Positions 51,336 to 64,000 of a stretch of DNA of 64,000 nt are shown piece by piece. The notes beneath the pieces were generated by a model. That model was not told the origin of the DNA, ran no database searches, and saw only the letters and a program-made list of their open reading frames with translations. The DNA lies in the NCBI GenBank assembly GCA_963693365.1, contig CAVNZM010000003.1, forward strand, positions 282,851 through 346,850. Reading direction: 5' to 3'. Position 1 is the first letter of the stretch. Every line of letters begins with the position of its first letter. The stretch is from Amoebidium appalachense (Eukaryota; Protista; Ichthyosporea). The translations under genes were made by a program, and so were the position numbers.

Positions 51336-52110
51336 TGTTGTATAAAATGATCGCGTGTCCGTGACAAAACAATATATTTGTAAATGAACGGGGTTGACTA
51401 GACCACGCTTTGCTAAGTTACGTGCTAGTCCTACTTACACCTAGTAAGCCGAGCACACTGAGTGAGCTCTGAAGCCCCCGACATGCCCTTATATCGGAGC
51501 TCGCACAGCGGCTCAGACATGCGCATCGGTATGTCCTTTTGGCTACGAGAGCCAATCACATACGGTTCACGGTTCTGTCCCATGGCATCACGCAGGGCTC
51601 GAAGTTACGAAAAAAAAATCGGAATTTCCGATATTTGAAAACACAGTTCCGAAAATTGTCCCGGCCGAATCGGAACGTCCGAGAGCCCCTCCTGCCCCTC
51701 CTTCTCCCCCACCGCCGTTCCGGCCCTCACCCCCCCCCCCCCCCCCCCCCCTCTCAGGCGGATCCCTCCCTCCCCCCCCCCCACTAGTACTCCCCTCCCC
51801 CCCCCCCCATTCCCCCCCAGGAAGGCCTAAACATGGAATGGATCTAGATGCTCAGAGTCGACGGCCACCAGGTGCAGGTGCCACGTGTATCACGTCAGTG
51901 GCACGCGTCTTCAATGGCAGGCGATACACACACTGTGCACCACTGTGTTCCGTTCAAAGACACACATGCACATACATACACAGCCGTGACACCACACAAT
52001 CATGTGACCTAGGCTAGTACACGTGCACAGGCACATACTATCTCAGATCATGATAACTGTATTACAAACGTGCACATGCATCCACCCTGTACAATCACAT
52101 GCTATGCACC

Positions 52111-52183
<73 letters not shown>

Positions 52184-52233
52184 ACACTGCACACACACAC
52201 CATGTACACGGCGCACGCACACACAGTCCGTGG

Positions 52234-52273
<40 letters not shown>

Positions 52274-52477
52274 CAAGAAACCGTTGGTACAAACACACAC
52301 ACCCACACTGGCATGTACACACATACATACACAGACACACACATGTGTACACCCTGCGCATGCATACATACACACCACACTGCGCACACACACACATACA
52401 TACACACACTGTACATACATACACACACACCATAACCGTTGACACAAAACACACATACACATGCAAACAATGTCATG

Positions 52478-52509
<32 letters not shown>

Positions 52510-53477
52510 CACACACACGTGCACATGTGCACATATGCACACAACATAGACACACACACACCGATTACCGCTGACACAAATACACACACCCACACCTGTA
52601 CACATACACACAGACACACACACCGTGCATACATACCCACCACACACACACACACACAATTGCAGAGAAAAATACTCACACACACACAAACACAGACACA
52701 ACCACCCAAGCTGATTTTCTTTCCCCCCCCCCCCCCCCCCCCCCTCCCCCCCCCTCCGAGCCTCCCCCCCCCCCCCCCCCTCCCTCCCTCCCCTTCGCTC
52801 CCCCAGAATTTTTAAATACGGAGACAAAATGTATATATATATTGTGCATTCATGCACTTCATATTTCCCTTTTATTCCTTCAAAGCTTCAACTGCCAACA
52901 CCAGGAAGGCCTCTAATAACCACAGGGGTTTTTGAGTATGCATTATAATTACATTTTGATGCAATATAGGCACAAATAAGCATGCCCTAGTTTACTGATG
53001 CGCGATGATTACGATTTTTGGTGGGCCTGCTCCGACGGAGCATTCCGATTTTCGAAGAGGTTTTCCGAAACGGGATTTCGACTTCCGTTAGTGGGCTCCA
53101 CCGTCCTTCGAACCCTGGCATCACGGTTCCAATAAACTAAGTGAGCCAATCGGGTGACAGTACTTGACTAGCGATGCATTCCACAGTCATACCTCACGGC
53201 TACTTGCATATTTTCCCATGATAAAACTATGACATAAACGCTCGTGGTTCCTCTACAACGGTCGGTCCCATGTGACTATTATATCTGTTTTCCCATGAAT
53301 AAAACTGCAAGCTGCACGTGCACATATGTCTAAATCCATGCTGATGTGCACAAGACTGGGGGGGACATGCATACTGGCCTACCTAAGATCAAACACAGTG
53401 GTATATATACATGTACACGTGCGCGTATATCTCAACCTGTGTACATCCATACTAGATATCCGGTATAATATACCACA
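51336..53477 (-). repeat. Gypsy 5' LTR, split into 51336-51592 and 53126-53477 by a hAT insertion
   Basis: The two halves are colinear with 44946-45555 and total 609 bp. Confidence 0.92.
51593..53117. mobile_element. Non-autonomous hAT-superfamily element (1525 bp)
   Basis: TIRs CAGGGCTCGAAG / CTTCGAACCCTG; 8-bp TSD GCATCACG at 51585-51592 and 53118-53125; the empty site is visible in the other LTR; interior is CA-rich and poly-C repeats with no transposase. Confidence 0.93.
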
Positions 53478-55212
53478 GGCGCTCGGTTTTCTGGGACTTT
53501 GTTGTTGTTCATGATTGATGGAACCTAAGTGTTCCAACGTTTACTTGTAAACGTGCGGTAGTTGTTGGTGCTGCGCATTCAAAGGTGTTGGCAGTATCAC
53601 CGTCAGTAGCTGCAAGGCAGAGCTGGTGTGTCTCCTGCAGGGGAATGTTCAAGGGATCCATGGACGTATACACTATAGGAGCCTTTAGAATAGTCTGATG
53701 CAAATGCACTGGATGGGCGCTTCATATATGCAACACCATTGCCTTTAAGTGGCTGCAGGTCACGTCCCCTGGACGGTAGGCTCACGCCTGCGCTCTACCT
53801 ATGAATAGCGGCTGAAGAACTTCGGGCTGTTGTGCATACCTTTCAAATAGCTATGCACATACCTTAGATAACTACATGTGTATACGTTTTGCTATTTCTC
53901 TTGGTGACCAAAACCGATATAGTAAACTTAAATTGTATTTACAAGTGTGCTCTTATACTACTTGCAAGCAATGGTTGGTGGGACGAAGAATTAGGGATCG
54001 AATTACTTTACATACTAGGATCTGATTCCGAATTCCCCGCTGTCGACCGTACGTTTTTATCGGCATCGCAATGCGACGTTGCATTCATGTTGCATTCCAC
54101 GCATACCAGATTAAAAGAGTGCCACTATGTGATCGGGTTCATGAAACATGTAATATTAGCAGCATTATAAACCCTAGTGCTAAAAAGAAATATTCTTCTC
54201 GACATTCCCCTCTGCGGAAAATAATTTCTGGGCCTGTCAACAAACATAACCTAAAGGCATCAGATAAAAATGGTACCTCATCACACATGCCACAAAACTG
54301 AATTTTGTCCCGGCCGACGGGCTAATACTCGGGCCAAAAGTTTCAAAAACAGGGCTAAAATCAGGGGTTGAATTATGACCCAAAATCGTCGTATTATTTT
54401 ACAAAGGACCCGCAATACGATAAAAAGGGGAGTCATAACGACCGTGAAGGGTGTCAAAGTTCCGGGTTTTGTCGAAATGTGGCTAAAAAAGCCCACACCC
54501 CACCCCCGGCCAAAAAATTCAATCATTTCATTGAGCAATTATTTGCACGACGGTAACGTGCAAATTTGTTGCTACTACATATTTGCCAGCTTCTTAGGAC
54601 TTTCAGTACTAATATTTGGTGTGGTGATTGTAATAAATATTCAAATGCTTTTCCCACCAAGTGACCAACAACACGTACATATAGTAAGGTTAATGCTACG
54701 TCCAGTACATACACATGTATGTATCGATATATACTTTAATACTTGGGCCCAGACCGAGTGTTGGTACGTGCGCCATGCATGGCATGCCATGGCCGTGGCG
54801 TGACATAGGGGCTCCCTACTGAGCCCTATTCAAGTTGCATGACTGGAAACACATACGTGCACCTCAACCTGGCGGGTGCCGTCCACGCACACGTGCGCAT
54901 GTTCAACAAGTTGCACCCGCCACGTGGCACGTACATACGTATGCATATGTAGCAGCTATATTAGTGTGTTGGAAAGACCTGCAGCTGGAGAAGTTTGTTC
55001 ATACCTGATATTAGTAGGCTCAGTATCCTTACTTATCCTTAACTTCAAAAGCTGCTATAGCAACATGATTCAAATCAGCTACTAAAACCGTCATTATATT
55101 GGAGCAGGAGTTTTCGTTCGCATGTGTATTCGAACGTCATACGTGTCGTGTTGACGTGTTGTCAGTGACGTGATTGAACCCCGGCCGCGGGTAAGCCTCA
55201 AGCTCACTCATA

Positions 55213-56883
55213 CACAGCAAAAAAAAGTGCGAATCCGGCTCCCGATGATCCCCGATCACGAATTAAGTAAGCTATTCTGATTGGTAGACTGTAATGAGGT
55301 CTAAATATATTCCCGATTTCGTCCGGAATTCTTCCCGACTACGCCAATTTGACCCGGCCCGAATCAATGTGATGCCATGTGCGGCCTAACGGTCACAACA
55401 AACAAGAAAAAGACTTGCAAGTACGTATCGGTCAAGTGCAACCACTCGCGCGCATTTAGTAGCAAAGATTCCTAGACAACAGCTGGTCGTCAAAGACAAC
55501 CGTTGGCAAGTTTTGATGTAAAGAAACAGGCGACTCTAAACTCGCTTGCACGCATTTGCTTTTGTCTTTTGTTTGGTGAGATTGCTGCGGCTCCATCTAC
55601 AACTTGCATACACAGCAGTGGGCCGTGGCCCAAGACTGCGTAGAATAGTAGTTGGTGTTTTTAAGCATATTGTTTTTGGGCAGGCAGGAGTTTGAGTCTG
55701 GAAAAACGGAGTTATGCGCCACAGGCAAGGTGAGTTTTTTTTTAATAACCTCATCTTCAAGAACCCTCTGACTTACATACTAGGCTTTTTGTCTCGTGAG
55801 GTAACACGGCAAGAAGGATACAACCTAAAACTTGTAAGCGCTTCTGTGCTTGCCTTGGTCGAACTTGGGCGTCCACGTGCAGCCGTGCATAGGCATCTGT
55901 ATATCCTCGAGCCTTTGTTGCTCTGTTATTAGTTTATTCTTCTTGCAATCTATCTATGCTGCATCAGTATTATAGAGAAGGCCACGTTGTGTAACTTGCC
56001 TCCTTTTTGGCCTTATATAACACCGTACCCCTAGGTTCTAAAAGTCTCTTCCCCATCGCAGGTCCTTGAACCTGCTACTGTGACTTTGCCAAGTTCGGGT
56101 TTTGTGGGGGCTCTAACAGGTAAGCCAAGGCATCAGCATGGTAAAGTATAGGGGTAAGATGGATGTTGTGTAGTTGACTGTATCCGGTTCCACACCTACT
56201 GGTACTCAAATTAAAGAGTCGAAACACAGCCCATTATCTGCGTTAGAATAATGGTTAACACAGGTGCACATAGGTGTGCAGGTGAACGGTTTGCTAACCT
56301 AGCTATATACTTCTATGACTCCCCACGACTACTTAGCTATAGCCTCTTCATGCTTGCAACCTGGTGTTGCTCATACTAGGGTTCTGTGTGCCAAACCCTT
56401 CTGTCTGCTTTTATATATATTGTGAGTGCTTTCTACCCAGCTGAATAGCCGTTGTTGGGCTGTTCCAGGCTCCAGGCATCCACACCTTGCATCACACTGT
56501 GTGTGATGACGAAGAACACGACTTGACACCACACTGTGTGTGGTACGAGTAACAAAGTAAAGGCGCGAGCTAGTCACGGTGTACTTCAGCTTTCTTCCAG
56601 TTGCCTTCTTTTGTACTTAACTTTGGGTTAAGTTCCAGTATCGAAAGCGCAGGAAGTAGGTAAGGGCAGGTCGGGAAGGAATCGGGGTGTCCCGGTCACG
56701 GGCGTGATCGGGATTTTTTTTGCGAATCAGGGTGTGATCGGTATCAAAAAATCGGGGTGTAATCAGGCTAATTTCATCCCGATCACGTCGCTAATTACGA
56801 ATCGGGTTTCCTGATTTTGCCCCGATTCTCATATGGTGATCAGGGTTTAATCGGGACACAGATTCGCATCTTTTTTCGCTGTG
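55213..56883. mobile_element. Non-autonomous CACTA/CMC-like DNA transposon (1671 bp)
   Basis: Imperfect ~48-bp TIRs starting CACAGC(A/G)AAAAAA..TGCGAATC; 3-bp TSD ATA at 55210-55212 and 56884-56886; many subterminal CCCGAT/ATCGGG motifs. Confidence 0.8.
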
Positions 56884-57063
56884 ATACTAGTATGCAAATA
56901 ATAATTATTCACACCATGGCATTCATGTGGTGCCCAATTGGCAATTTTTTGGCACAGTGCATGATACACCGAACATTCGAACCACGTGGACGTGCACACT
57001 GCCTGATCATGACTGCTCAGTAATTGTCACCGTGAACGGACTAGCACAAGTGCAACCATATAA

Positions 57064-57106
<43 letters not shown>

Positions 57107-57702
57107 CCCGCCCTCCGGATCCCCCGCTACAGAGTGCTGTGACAAATAGATCGAGACTCTAAATGACCCAAGCCTCTATACTGATCAATAGGGATGACTC
57201 CGGCGAATTAAAAAAAAGGAGCCTTTACCCAAACAACCGATGTGCCAGTATATTTATATATATCTTTTTATGGGTACCATTCATTCGAGTCCACTTGCAG
57301 CTGTGCACATGCATGGTCTTAAAATCGGTTGAGAAAAAGATCATAGATCCCCCCCCCCCCCCCCCCCCCTTTTCCCCTCCCATTCATGCATGAGTTAGCA
57401 ACCATTTAAATATCTAAATGCGATTCGACCGGAAGAAAGAGATATCTCATCCAGATAATTATTCAGCTGGATATCCAATGTATGTCTTGAAGTATCCAAT
57501 TTTACGGGGGGGGAAAGTTCCCTAAATGTAGCCCAAAACATCTTGATGTATTCAATATGGCAAAAATCCCTCTATATCAATTGTTACAGTAGTTCTATAT
57601 ATTTCAAGATACATTGTGTGGTCAAAACATTCACGAGAGACCCACTAGTGCACTGTCCTATCTCGTCATCAAAAACATAATATCCGCCTACCATTGATGA
57701 CG

Positions 57703-62860
<5,158 letters not shown>

Positions 62861-64000
62861 CTGATTGGGTGAATGTCAGCACACCGGATTCGCTGGTTGA
62901 TTTGGTAGAACGAGTATATGAACTGACTCCCATATCTCGCCGGTTCAACACACAAACACAATGCATGTCGTCATTCTAACAAAACTAGTGCAGTGCACAC
63001 CGAAAAGTACAGTAGATCCACATACAGGCACCACTTTTCTGAACTTGCACCATGGGAAATGTTTTAAATGGTATGCATGCACACCAACAATACACGCAAA
63101 CTAATCAACGAAGGGGAGATGGGTGGGTGGGTAGATAGCCGGCGGGTGAGGCAGGGTCGGGAGCACACCAGAGGAGGAGAGGGCGCGGGGGGGGGGGGGG
63201 GGGGGGGGGGGGGGGTCCCTACTTTTCTGACTCACAGGGAGACGCTAGCAATACCATTTCAGAAAGGGAGTCTAAGAACTCCACCTGTGTGTGTGTTTTT
63301 TGATGGGGGAGGGGGGAGAGGGGAAAGGGGGAAGGGGACGGGGGGAGGGGGAGGGGGGGGGGGGGGAGGGGGGAGGCGGGGGGCATGGGTAAGCCTGCGT
63401 CACCCGCGACGGAAGGGGGGGAAGAGGGGGGGAGGGGGGGGGGGGGGGGGTTTTGAATGCGTTAAAAAGTACGAAGTACACAAGAACAAACGGATAACAC
63501 GATGCAGAATGCAAGCCATACATAAAGAGTATGCATAATAAGCAGAGCCCATCCTCAGGGGGGGCCCACGTCATCCACAGTACCCGAGTTTCGACCTATT
63601 CCCCTCGTTAACGAAACCCAACTCAGATACTGTTTCACTTGAACATGAGTAGGTCACCCGTCTTGATCAGAGACGAGCAGGGTTGCTTATGCAGGCAAGG
63701 GCAGTGGGAAAGGCCGGGGGTTAAAGTTGCAGCAGTAAGCAGAAGCAAGAAAAATATAGATAGGAACTCAGGAGACGGGGCTTCTAGGAAGCTCCCCCGT
63801 CGATACCTAAGTCGATACTTCCCTGGCTAACATACTACACCAGCTGAAAAGAATTAAGTCCCGAAGGCCGCAGAATTCGTAATCAGAGGGGAAAATATGA
63901 GATTTGACCCACGCCGCAGGGTAGTAACACGCTTACTAGGGCGGAACTTTATCGTCTTCGAACGGAAAGCTATGCCCCCGGATGTCAGCCGGAAATATGG

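Larger units (their letters stand above)
44946..53477 (-). mobile_element. Ty3/Gypsy chromovirus-type LTR retrotransposon, internally deleted, with nested insertions
   Basis: Direct LTRs at 44946-45555 and 51336-53477 (second split by a hAT element), termini TGTTGTATA...TATACCACA; 5-bp TSD GGCGC at 44941-44945 and 53478-53482; chromodomain then a PPT-like TTTTTACGGTGGGGCG next to the left LTR on the minus strand. Only ~880 bp of its own interior remains (45556-45941, 50844-51335). Confidence 0.9.

Noticed and set aside
51320-51395. tRNA-Ala gene
   Set aside because: Only the first ~16-18 nt are tRNA-like; no anticodon arm, T-arm or B-box follows, and the sequence runs straight into the LTR.

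Overview
Eukaryotic nuclear DNA with intron-rich genes and very abundant microsatellites and homopolymers; the organism cannot be named from this window. Most of the ORF track is repeat noise. Supported content: (1) a ~9.8-kb (CT)n array at 22-9787; (2) the 3' part of an unidentified spliced gene (+, 10141-14582); (3) a complete 7-exon type II metacaspase (+, 19905-25891, 370 aa); (4) a decayed LINE (ORF1 plus APE-RT ORF2, 32557-36875); (5) a nested LTR-retrotransposon complex at 44946-53477; (6) several non-autonomous DNA transposons; (7) the 3' part of a probable augmin subunit 7 gene (HAUS7/AUG7-like; minus strand, 57703 to at least 62860). The nested complex is a chromodomain-bearing Gypsy shell (5-bp TSD GGCGC) holding a Copia pol bracketed by two inverted, apparently identical Copia LTR copies, with a hAT element in one Gypsy LTR. 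Most interesting: the inverted-LTR Copia, the in-frame Copia-LTR/chromodomain fusion ORF it creates, a Gypsy primer-binding site matching the 5' end of a tRNA, and introns whose two ends carry complementary simple repeats. All homology calls come from motifs recognised by eye, not database searches.
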